From the NCBI RefSeq assembly GCF_001194135.2, contig NC_068993.1, positions 17,848,809-17,881,133 on the forward strand: a DNA stretch of 32,325 nt, in the 5' to 3' direction. Origin of the DNA: Octopus bimaculoides (taxonomy: Eukaryota). The notes beneath the pieces are model-generated. The model did no database searches and was not told the DNA's origin. It worked only from the letters and a program-made list of their open reading frames with translations. This document shows, piece after piece, positions 12,901 through 25,900 of this stretch (position 1 is the stretch's first letter; each line of letters starts with the position of its first letter). Both the position numbers and the translations under genes were made by a program.

Positions 12901-15502
12901 AAAAGCGAGATCTGACCATTTGAACATAAAACAGGTAAAATATTTGGGCTAGATAGGGCTGCTTTAAATGCTAAAGAGCTATATAAGTAGTGTGATTTGA
13001 AAGAAATTTGATTATTAGTTCTAGCGAGTTTGGTGAGCATAAATTAAAATGGTAGTCTTAATATTAATGAAGTTATAGGTTAGTTAATAACTGCTGATTG
13101 CTCTCTAATTAATGAATGAACGTAGATGTACACTTACTTTTTCCATCCACTTGGATTTCCTGAGTCATCACAGGACCATCACCTATACTTGTCGAAGATT
13201 TCACCCATACTAAATATTTATTTTTGGATAAATCATCAATTACGTATTTCTTTTCCTTCTTTGATATATGCTTCTCTTGGATTTTACCTGAAAAAAATGA
13301 AAGGAAACAAAAATAATAAAAAAAAGACAATGACAATGCCACCACCACAATTATTATTACTTTGTTTTAAACTGGAGCCATGTACCAAAAGATATTTCAA
13401 TCTTCAGCCTTCAGATTTAGCCTGAGAACAATTGTCAAGAGGGATGAAATATTGGTATTTAACACAAGCACAAAGTCCTGCATTTTAACTCTTTTCATAT
13501 CAATTCATCTAAGACTGCCTCTGGTTGTGTAATGCAAAATCATTTGATTTTAAAGTATCATCATCATAATGTTCGTTTTCCATGCTGGCATGGGTTAGAC
13601 AGTTTGACATGCAGCTGGCCAGCCGGGGGACTGTCCAGACTCCAATCATTTGTTGTGGCTTGGCTTCTACAGCTGGATGCCCTTCCTAATGCCAACCACT
13701 TTACAGAGTGTGCTGGGTGCATTTATGCAGCAGTTGCATGAGTGCATTTTATGTGGCAAGAGTACCAGTAAAGGACAAGCCTGTATGTTATTTAAATTCT
13801 ACCTTTCTATCATAATTCTAAGACAAAAGAAACTATTGCTAAAATTGTGTTCTAAACACTTTCTTAATAAGGGGAAAATTACATGTTATACTAAAGCCTT
13901 TCAAAGTCTAGATTACTTTGGAAATTACACAAAACATTTTGGTAGTGGATAGGCAGGGGCAAGGTTGTATGGTTAAGAAGTTCCACTTCACAAGGTTCTG
14001 AGTTCAGTTCCACTGTGAGGTACCTTGGGAAAGCATCTTCTCTCGTTAGCCTAGGTCAACCAACACATTCTGAATGAATTTGGTAGATGGAAACTGTTGA
14101 AACTCATGAATGCATGTGAAAGCATTTTTGTGTTTATTTCTCACCAGGCATGGCTGAGTGGTAAGAAGCTTGCTTCCCAACTACATGGTTCTGAGTTCAG
14201 TCCCACTTCATGGCACCTTAGGCAAGTGCCATCTACTATAGCCCTGGGCTGACCAAAGCCTTGTGAGTGGATATGGTAGACTGAAAGAAGCCCGTCATGT
14301 GTGTGTGTGTATATATCATCATCCTCGTCATCATCATCATCATTTAACATCCGTTGTCCATGCTGGCATGGGTTGGATGGTTTGACCAGGGCTGGTAAGC
14401 TGGAAAGCTGCACCAGGCTCCGGTCTGATTCGGCATGGTTTCTATAGCTGGATGTCCTTCCTAACACCAACCACTCTGAGAGTGTAATGGGTGCTTTTAT
14501 GTGCCACCGGCACAGATGGCATTCACGTGACCCCAGTATTTGCTATGACTGCTATTTTACTTGACTTGATGGGTCTTCTTGAGCAGGATATATGCCAAAG
14601 GTCTCAGTCATTGCATCTGAGAGGCCCAACACTAGAAAGGTGCTTTTTAGGTGCCAGTTACGTGACACCAGCATCAGCCACAACTATATTTTCACTTGGC
14701 TTGAAAGCACAGCATACTGCCAAAGGTCTTGGTCACTAGCTATTACCACTGTGAAGCCCAAAGTTTGAAGATCCTGCTTCACCACCTCGTCCCATGTCTT
14801 CCTGGGTCTACCTCTTCCACAGCTTCTCTCCACAGGGCACTTCTTTATACAGCTGTCCTCGTCCATGTGCATCACATGACCATACCAGTGCAGTCATCTC
14901 TCTTGCATACCACATGATGCCTCTTATGCCAAACTTTTCTCTGAAGATGCTTATGCTCAGTCGAACATGCACACTGACATTGCACATCCAGTGAAGCATA
15001 CTGGCTTCATTTCTTTCAAGCCCATGCATGTCCTTGGCTTTCATAGATCATGTTTCACTACCATGTAGCATAGCTGTTTGCACACAGGTATCATACAATC
15101 TGCTCTTTAGTCTGAGGGAGAGGGTCTTTGTTGCCAGAAGAGGTAGGAACTCTCTGAACTTTGCCCAGCCTAAACTTATTCTCACAGCTATGCTTTGGAG
15201 CACCCACCTCCACTACTAACTTGGTCACCTAGATAATGGAAGCTATCTACTACCTCTACCTTACCCACTGGCAGTTGATGGAGTCTATTTTCTATTGTAT
15301 CTGTGCATCTGCTACACACAAAAACTATCTTCCCAGTAACCTTCCTTTGATATTGCTGCACCTCTTATGTGTCCATAGCTTACAGTGGATACATCTTATG
15401 GAGTTTTTATCTATGCCTTTTTTACAGATCAAGCAGGGCCATTTACCTGAAGGGATTTGTGATTTGTCAGCCTTCCTACTTGCAAAGAGTTTGGTTATGT
15501 AC

Positions 15503-15546
<44 letters not shown>

Positions 15547-18470
15547 CATCTTTTTTCTTTTTTCTTTCCTCTGATGATATTGTGCTCATGTCACATAAAT
15601 GTAAATTTAATGTTTATTGTATTGAAACAGCTGTAAGTGAAGATGACCAATTTGCTGTTAATAATAAACAATTATTAACTTAACAATCTCCATTCTCTTC
15701 TTTTAAATATATATAGATGTGTGTGTTTGTGTGTGTTTTCATGTATGTGTTTGTCTCCCACCACTGTTTGACAACCAGTGTAAGTGTTTATGGCCATGTA
15801 ACTTAGCAGTTCAGCAAAAGAGACTGATAGAATAAGTACCAGGCTCAACAAAAACATAAGTACTGTAGTTGATTTATTCAACTAAAAATTCTTCAAGGCA
15901 GTGCCCCAGCATGGCCGCAGTCTAATGACTGAAGCAAGTAAAAGAAGATAAAAAAAAATGAAGCTGACAACCAGTGTTGATCTATTTACTTAACAGTTTG
16001 GCAGAAAGAGACTGATGGAGTGAGTATCAAACTTTAAACAAACAAGTCCTGGTGCTTGGGAATTCAATTTGATTGTCTAAACTGGTGGTTCTCAACATGG
16101 GACATTTGCCCCACCAGTGGGGCCGGAGAAAACAATGGTGTGTGTGTGTGGGTAGGGGGTGTCCAAAATTATTTTCTTTCTGTTTTTTTTTTCTTTTTAG
16201 TGGGATATGGAATTNNNNNNNNNNNNNNNNNNNNNNNNNNNNNNNNNNNNNNNNNNNNNNNNNNNNNNNNNNNNNNNNNNNNNNNNNNNNNNNNNNNNNN
16301 NNNNNNNNNNNNNNNNNNNNNNNNNNNNNNNNNNNNNNNNNNNNNNNNNNNNNNNNNNNNNNNNNNNNNNNNNNNNNNNNNNNNNNNNNNNNNNNNNNNN
16401 NNNNNNNNNNNNNNNNNNNNNNNNNNNNNNNNNNNNNNNNNNNNNNNNNNNNNNNNNNNNNNNNNNNNNNNNNNNNNNNNNNNNNNNNNNNNNNNNNNNN
16501 NNNNNNNNNNNNNCGAGGTGTTGTGTGTGTTTATTGAGCGAAAACACCTAAAGCTCCACAAGGTTCTGGCAGGGGATGGTGGCAAACCCTGCTGTACTCT
16601 TTCACCACAACTTTCTCTTTCTCTTACTTCCTGTTTCTGTTGTGCCTGTAATTCAAAGGGTCAGCCTTGTCGCACTGTGTCACGCTGAATATCCCCGAGA
16701 AATACGTTAAGGGTACACGTGTCTGTGGAGTGCTCAGCCACTTGCACGTTAATTTCACGAGCAGGCTATTCCGTTGATCGGATCAACTGGAACCCTCGAC
16801 GTCGTAAGCGACGGAGTGCCAGGAAGTGCTACTCTAATGTCCTAGTGTGGATATTTCTCTAAGGAAAGTATATAATTATGAGAAGTCAATACTCAGCACT
16901 TAATAAAAGAGTTACCAATAGATTCAAATAATTGAGATAATATATTTACCACTGGTGGGGCATACATTTTTCTGGAAAGTTATAGTAAGGACCAGAGGGA
17001 AAATAGGTTGGGAAACATTGGTTTAAACCTCTGAAAGCAGTTCCCTAGCATGGCCATAGTTCAATGACAGAGACCAGTAAAAGAATCAAAAGGAGTCAGA
17101 GTGTAACACATTAAAAATATTGTCAAATGTAATGTTTATATGCTTCGGGCCAGGCCGAGTTCGCAACTGCTAGGGAGTTGATCAAGATATAGCAGAGACT
17201 CCATCTAAGAAGATCTGAAGAAGGAATTGTATTCCGAAATATCATCGGACTATAGATAACTAAATTACAACAGGTATATAGTCCATTTTTTGTATTATAG
17301 TGCATTGTTGTACCATTCAAAACTTTTTATTCTTTACAAACAATACACAATGCTTTAAGCGAACTACAATACTCTCCTATATTTATATTGTTTTGAATTT
17401 ATCATGCATTATCTTGTAGTTTAGAGATGTGAATGATATGATTGCTTAGTTTTAGAATGATATTGTAAGGATGGCATGAGAGGCCAGATCTAGCCAGTTT
17501 CAATACAAAACAGTTTAAATATTTTGGCCAGACAAGGTCGGTTTGAATGCTAAAGGGTCAAAGGAGGAGAGTTAAAAAATCATTCCCAGCAATTGATGGA
17601 AGATGGAATAAAAAAGAATTGAAATATGGTTCTGAAACTAATCCTTTTGTTACCATATTTATGTTAAAACATACTGCCTTTGTTTCAATTAATTTCAAAA
17701 TACTTACTTGTATTCAGTACTACTCTACTTCTAACTAAGTATTGAATTACATAGTGTTTATATCCATTATTGGCTAAAGGTCAACTTAGCCATTCAATAA
17801 TTACAGATTGATAAAGATGCATCAGACCAAGAACTGAGATCAATGTCATGTGATCACATAACCAAGCAAGCTATCAGATGTTGTTACACATCGCTGGTCA
17901 CAATGCATTTTTTCTTTTTGCATTGTTTTAGTCTTCAAATGACACCACCCCAGTGGCTCGGTGAGCAGACCAACATTCCCCCACTGACTGAAAGGGGAAC
18001 TGGAGCAACATGAAATGAAGTGTTTTGCTCGAGAACACAATGTGCCACCCAATCAGGGAATGGAACCTATGATCTAGCAATTGTGAGTGCAACAGCCTAA
18101 TCACTGGGCCACATGCCTAGAGATCAATGTAACTGACTAAAACCCCGGCAAATGGTACCTAAGCATGGCAACAAACCAAATAAACCAAATGCTAAAACTC
18201 ATAAATAAAATTAGAATATGTACTTACCTTCACATTTTGTTTTATTAAAAGAAACACAGTAAGATACTACATAATTAGTAACATAGGCTTTCTCAATGTA
18301 GCAGTTATAATGGTCCCATTCTACAATAAGAGTGCTGTCTTTAGCATTAAGTCTAAACTCTACAGGGTTTTCAGGTTCTGAAATTAAAGAAAGAAAAAAA
18401 ATGGTGAATTCTTTTAATGAAAACAGGGAAAATGAAATAGTAAATTATTTGGTACTGGTGAAGTAAACAA

Positions 18471-18512
<42 letters not shown>

Positions 18513-18825
18513 TAGTTTTATTTTGATAACGTGCTTTCACTTCACTACCGAGCGCAGCTCTGTGTGCCTTGGGTATGTGCTGTGGTTCGCTGTGATGCTC
18601 TTATGGCTACTGTATTGCGTAGGATGTGTGCAGTGCCCAGTAGTGCAATAAGTCCTGGTGTTTTTGTTATGTATTTGTCTGAATATTTTTTTATTATACC
18701 TAAGGTGTCTACTATGATAGGAATTGTTTCTGTTTTTAGATTCCACATTCGAGTTACCTCTATTTCCAGGTCTTTGTATTTTGAAAGTTTCTCCATTTCT
18801 TTTAGGGAAACGTTGTCATCTGCTG

Positions 18826-18862
<37 letters not shown>

Positions 18863-21800
18863 GGTGGCAATCTGGCAGAATCATTGGCACACTGAGCAAA
18901 ATGCTTCATAGCATTTTGTTCATGTTTATATTCTGACTGTGCCTTTCTTCTTTCAAGGCCGATAAACTAAGCATCAGTCAGACTGGAGCCTGGTGTAGCC
19001 ATCTGGTTTCACCAGTCCTCAGTCAAATCGTCCAACCCATGCTAGCATGGAAAGCGGATGTTAAACGATGATATATCTATATATATGTATATATATAATA
19101 GCTGATGATATATAATAGCTGGTAGTTCTGGTATTTAGAGGTGTGCTTAGTCACATGAAGGCATGAAGCATTTCTCTCCTTAAGAGAATTAACAAGTGGA
19201 AGGTCAGCTTTAATCATGATTGAAGCTGTTATAAATTTTAAATGTCATTTGTGCTTACTTTGCATACTTATGCCACACTAAGGACCAACCCCAGAGTCAA
19301 ATCAATGGTTAGAAATTGCATTTGGTATTTGCATATCTACAGTACCATACCAAGGCTTGATACCTTGGATGTTGCTTACCTCTTGTTTTTGTACTTATCC
19401 ATTTCTAGCATACTACATATTTATGTGCCTAGATTCCAATGAATCCATATAACTAAATCATGTGTGTGTGTGTGTATTAGTATATATGTGTGTGTTTGTG
19501 TGTTAGTATATATGTGTGTTTGTGCACGTGTATATTTAGTGTGTATCCTTGTCTTGACATCATGTGATGGTTGTAAACAAACATTGCTGTCATACAAATG
19601 ATGTTGCTTGCTTTCAGTCTCTCACAGAAAACATGTCTGGCTATTTGAAGTGTTACTGTGCTTGGATACAGGTGAAGGCTGGCAACAAGAAGGGCATCTA
19701 ACTGTAGAAAATCTGCCTCATCACAAATCCATCTGACCAGTGCACGCATGAAAAAGTGGGTGTTAAACAATGATAATGATAATTTCATACCTCATTTTCC
19801 AAGCTGATGTGAATTGTGTATACTTACCATGTGTACATATGTACTTGTGCATACAATAAAAAAAAAACAAAAAAAACAAAACAGGTAGACAAACAGACAA
19901 GAAAAAAGGAATCACAAAAATGACAGAAAATGTAGAAAAAGTTGGGGTGAAATATACTTTTTAAAATGAATAGACATGGCGACCAAATCAATCCACTAGA
20001 TCCTTCTTCATTTTCTGCTGACACAGCAAAACTGTATGAATTAACATTTGTATTCACTGATAGATTCTTTGATGTTTCATTACCATTCACGTAATTCCAT
20101 GTGCAGTTTCTCTGAATGAAGGAGAAATGGAGAAGAACATCATTTGTCTGTTCAAGAAAAAATTAATTTGCTCATAAAAGAAACTTTCATTCTTACCTTA
20201 CTCTTTACTCTTTTACTTGTTTCAGTCATGTGACTGAGGCCATGCTGGAGCACNNNNNNNNNNNNNNNNNNNNNNNNNNNNNNNNNNNNNNNNNNNNNNN
20301 NNNNNNNNNNNNNNNNNNNNNNNNNNNNNNNNNNNNNNNNNNNNNNNNNNNNNATTTTTAAGTGATCTCATATGAGATCACTGGTAGGTAATGGGTTAAA
20401 TTTTACTCAGGAAGTGTTGTTCATCCTGAGGCTATAGTAGAAAATCCATCCTTGCCCAAGCAAAGTGCCTTTCTTTCAGATCAAGCCCCAAATCTTGTGG
20501 TTGTGAAGTATACTTCTTAACCCTAAAGCCATACCTGCATCTTCTCATAATACCCACACATACACTTATGCATGCACATGTGACAATGAAAATGCACAAT
20601 TTATAAAAATAGGAAATATGTTGCTAACCTTTTGATTTATCACAAATGCGTATAGATGATGGTGGTTTTGAAAATCCAATAGAATTCTTAGCCCATATTC
20701 TTATATTTTCACAACTGGTATTGTTTAGTGATAATTTGAGTAACAATTTGTTTCGAAAGGCTGTTATATTTGAATTTTTATTCTGAATAAGATATTCAAC
20801 ATTTTCATCCCCAAATTCTTTTCTCGTTAAGCTCTGTGGAGAGAGAAGTAAATAAATCAAAATAAATTATTTGTTACATAGAGATAGACACTCCACAATA
20901 ATACAAACAAAAGTATACAATTAACTCTGGAAATAGGTAATATGTTTAAAAGAACAACTGAGCTATCATACTGCATTCCAGTATGATTTTCCAGTTATGA
21001 AAAAATCTTGAATAGATAGCATGTGGGTAAATGGATTTTACCCTGTAGTACTGTTACTACTTACTTCTCAGTCAGAGATTTAAAACTAATTGCTTTCCTC
21101 TTTATATNNNNNNNNNNNNNNNNNNNNNNNNNNNNNNNNNNNNNNNNNNNNNNNNNNNNNNNNNNNNNNNNNNNNNNNNNNNNNNNNNNNNNNNNNNNNN
21201 NNNNNNNNNNNNNNNNNNNNNNNNNNNNNNNNNNNNNNNNNNNNNNNNNNNNNNNNNNNNNNNNNNNNNNNNNNNNNNNNNNNNNNNNNNNNNNNNNNNN
21301 NNNNNNNNNNNNNNNNNNNNNNNNNNNNNNNNNNNNNNNNNNNNNNNNNNNNNNNNNNNNNNNNNNNNNNNNNNNNNNNNNNNNNNNNNNNNNNNNNNNN
21401 NNNNNNNNNNNNNNNNNNNNNNNNNNNNNNNNNNNNNNNNNNNNNNNNNNNNNNNNNNNNNNNNNNNNNNNNNNNNNNNNNNNNNNNNNNNNNNNNNNNN
21501 NNNNNNNNNNNNNNNNNNNNNNNNNNNNNNNNNNNNNNNNNNNNNNNNNNNNNNNNNNNNNNNNNNNNNNNNNNNNNNNNNNNNNNNNNNNNNNNNNNNN
21601 NNNNNNNNNNNNNNNNNNNNNNNNNNNNNNNNNNNNNNNNNNNNNNNNNNNNNNNNNNNNNNNNNNNNNNNNNNNNNNNNNNNNNNNNNNNNNNNNNNNN
21701 NNNNNNNNNNNNNNNNNNNNNNNNNNNNNNNNNNNNNNNNNNNNNNNNNNNNNNNNNNNNNNNNNNNNNNNNNNNNNNNNNNNNNNNNNNNNNNNNNNNN

Positions 21801-21898
21801 NNNNNNNNNNNNNNNNNNNNNNNNNNNNNNNNNNNNNNNNNNNNNNNNNNNNNNNNNNNNNNNNNNNNNNNNNNNNNNNNNNNNNNNNNNNNNNNNNN

Positions 21899-21940
<42 letters not shown>

Positions 21941-22633
21941 AACATTCATACATGCATACATATATACATATAGGTTTACCTTCCAGAATACTGTGACAAA
22001 ATGAACATCTGAAATATCTCTTTTGAAACTGCCATCTGTAATTCTTGGTGAGTGTAGAGGAACTGCAAAGAAGACAACATTAAGGCAAAATAATTTAAAA
22101 TGTTAAATGATGACCCATACTGGACTTATTTTACACATTTTCCCCTCTAATTCAATAGTAGTAGTAGTAATGGTAGTAGTTCTTTCATTATATTTGTCCC
22201 CAAAACACGTTCATACATATAATGAAAGGTATACTAGAAATTAATCATGATAACCATAGTTATATGTCTGGCTTTCCATGCTGGCAAGAGTTGGGCAGAT
22301 CTTTTGAGAGATGCAGTGTACTTGTTTTAAAATTGGGATACACACAATAACAAAGGTGGACACAATATATTGAGACATTATTAATTTTTAAAAATTTGAA
22401 ACGACAAAAGATGCCTAAAATTAATACATAAAAACAAAGCTATAATTAAAGCAAAACACAACCTCTTGGGTCTAATCACAATGACTGGCCCTTCTCTCAG
22501 GGCTAGGAGACACTTCAACCTCCAACAATTATTGGTACTCTACAAAGAGCAGGTCATTTCAATTGTGTCATTTTGCACTCTTTGCAGCCACTTGATGTTG
22601 AGTTTTTTTTCCTCAAGCATGTGAATTGGAAGC

Positions 22634-22677
<44 letters not shown>

Positions 22678-22688
22678 CATACATATAC

Positions 22689-22752
<64 letters not shown>

Positions 22753-22913
22753 CAATGAGCTTCTTTTAATTTCTGTCTACCAAATCCACTCACAAGACGT
22801 TGATAGACACAAGGCTATAGTAGAAGACATTTGTCCAAAGTATCATGGAATAGGACTGAACCCAGAACCATGTGGTTGAGAAGCAAGCTTCTTACCACAC
22901 AGCCATGCTTGCA

Positions 22914-22953
<40 letters not shown>

Positions 22954-25900
22954 CACACGAAAGGCTTCTTTTAGTTTCCATCTACCAAATCCACTCACAA
23001 AGCCTTGGTTGGTCTAGGGCTTTAGTAGAAGACATTTATCCAAAGTGTCATGCAATGAGACTGAACCTGAAACCAAGTAGTTGGTAGGCAAATCTCTTAA
23101 CTATGCAGTCATGCGTTATAAATTTTTGCTTATACCATTTATAATATTCAAATGATAATACTTACCACTTTTATTGGAAATGAATGATTTAACATAAGGT
23201 TCACTATATATACCGTTTCGCTTGGGTAATGCATAAATCTTAAGTTCATATTTCATAAAAGGATTGAGTTTACAGAAGTCAAACTTATTTCCTTCGACTG
23301 AAAAATTCAACTGAAAATATACACATAAAATAATATTTGACATTATCAGTACCAATTTAAGAGCAAAATGTCAAACAACCTCTATAGGACTCAGCTTTCT
23401 CTTCAATTTATATGTGTGTGTGTGTGTGTGTGTGTAATGTATATATACATTTGTGTGTTAATATATATGTATGTATATATATAATTCAAAATATTCTACC
23501 TCAGTTTATCTAATTGCATATATTTATCATTACTTTTCCTCAAAAAGCCTTAAACTTTTTGATATTCAATGTACCTTTTCACTTTTTTTCTTCTTACTTT
23601 TCCACATGTAGTTTCTATTTTCTTTTTGAAACATATTTCTATTATTAGTTTGTCAAGAAAGTTCTTTCATCCTGCATTCTAGTAGCGACGAAGTCGTTGA
23701 AGGCATGTTTGGCTTCGTCTTGCCTACCGACTACCACTTTTTCAAGCATCTTGACAACTTCCTGCATGAGAAATGCTTCAAAAACCAAGACGAAGCCAAA
23801 CATGCCTTCAACGACTTCGTCGCTACTAGAATGCAGGATTTTTTACACTACTGGCATAAGTAAACTTGTTTCGCGTTGGCAAAAGTGTATTGATTCTGAT
23901 GGTGTTTATTTCAATTAATAAAGTTTTGTTTGAGCCGAGATATGTGCATCTGAATTTAAACGTTAAAAACCGCAAGAACTTTCTTGACAACCTAATACAT
24001 ATATATATATATATAAATGAGTAACTAGAGTCAAGAAGAAGGAGTGTTTAGACAGCTATTTAATAAATACTACACATGTTTCGATACAACATAGATCCAC
24101 AGATATACAGGATTTAGATTTAAATTAACCAACGGTTTACCTGTATAATGGGACCCAGTTGTATCTCCTCAGGGGATACATAATCACTGTCCTCATAAGT
24201 AAATCTTCAACTTTGATGCTATCACATACAAACAATTATAAAGAATGTAGAGACAAGTACATCATCAACATATTTTTTCTTTTAATTTTATAGTTGGTCA
24301 TACAGCATAATCATTTGGTTACAATGACCGATATGTGTTTCATCATCATCATCATTTAACGTCTGCTTTCCATGCTCGCATGGGTTGGACGGTTTGACTG
24401 AGGACTGGTGAGCCAGAGGCTGCACCGTCTATGATTAATTTATGGAATGAAGTTCTACAAATCCAATCATATTTGTCTAAAATGGAGGAGATAAGATGTT
24501 AAAAAGTTGTAAGAAGTTTATTGATGCATACAATCGTTTTGTACATAGATATAAATTCATTTTAGAATTTGTAAATAACATAGTACTCATCAGTGCAGAG
24601 AAAAAATAATAGGAACTTAAAAAAAGAGCAGAGAAGTTGGATCTATGAGTTTCATGTTTATCTGTTCCTATCTATGTGTGATAGTGATGAGAGTCATGTC
24701 AATTATTAAACCACAACTAACGAATGAACGGTTAAGGGATGATACAGAGATATCGATAACTCTCTCTCTATAGATTAGTATAGATCTGCTAACTAAATCT
24801 CCATATATGCAGCATAGGGTGAGTTAGTTAGAGAAATGTCCAATGAGAAAACATTACCCAATGTAAATTAAATCTAACCAATGAAAACAATACTTGGTAT
24901 ATTTTTATAAAAAATCATAAACAGATGAAGAAAGTTTAGCGTAAATAAATTATGTTTGTAAAGCTTATACTAGAAAGTTAATGTAGTCATTTAGAGAAAT
25001 ATAGGGGGAGGGGGAGGAGGAGGAAATAAAAAGAATAAAGGGAATGTGTATTAAGGATTCTTGTTTATTCAAGATTCGTATTAAGGAAACATGGAAGAAT
25101 AATAAAGGAGAAAATGAGAAAAAGTGCTAATCCAAATGCAAATATGATGATTAAGGTTGTATTACACTTGCAAAGTCTATTGTTAAGGAGAGAGATAAGA
25201 GAACATAGGAGATGTATTAAGAAGAGAAATATAACAGCAATATCATCATAAATTTGAAGGATGAAAAGGAAACGAAATTATACTAGTGTAGGAGAGATAA
25301 ATAAGAAACAAAAAATAATGATCAAATATGGGATGTAATGAGAGAAGTGAATGTAAAAAATAAAAGAAAGAGAGATTACTGATAAAGGTACTGAATACTC
25401 TCTTTTACTTGTTTCAGTCATTTGACTGTGGCCATGCTGGAGCACCACCTTTAGTCGAGCAAATCGACCCCAGGACTTATTCTTTGGAAGCCTAGTACTT
25501 ATTCTATCGGGGTCTTTTGCCGAACCGCTAAGTTACGGGGACGTAAACACACCAGCATCGGTTGTCAAGCGATGTTAGGGGGACAAATACAGACACGCAA
25601 ACATATACATATACATACATAAATATATATACATATATGCGATGGCCTTCTTTCAGTTTCCATCTACCAAATCCACTCACAAGGCTTTGGTTGGCCCGAG
25701 GCTATAGTAGAAGACACTTGCCCAAGGTGCCTCGCAGTGGGACTGAACCCGGAACCATGTGGTTGGTAAGCAAACTACTTACCACACAGCCACTCCTACG
25801 CCTAGGAATGTGTAGGATAATGTTATACAAAAGGAATATTTTGTATATATATATATAAAAAGTTATGTCAAAAGTATTATTCTTGCTAAGTATGAGGGGA

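Noticed and set aside
17123-17320. Minus-strand ORF between the FN3-D exons as an extra exon
   Set aside because: No donor and no FN3 pattern; exons 18228 and 13287 already join in frame.
21023-22004. Long ORFs of 200-316 aa in the track (also at 11289-11975 and 16056-16688)
   Set aside because: They are runs of X across N-gaps and (TA)n repeats, not real reading frames.
24588-24595. CTGATGAG on the minus strand as another hammerhead core
   Set aside because: No stem II and no downstream GAAA at a suitable distance.
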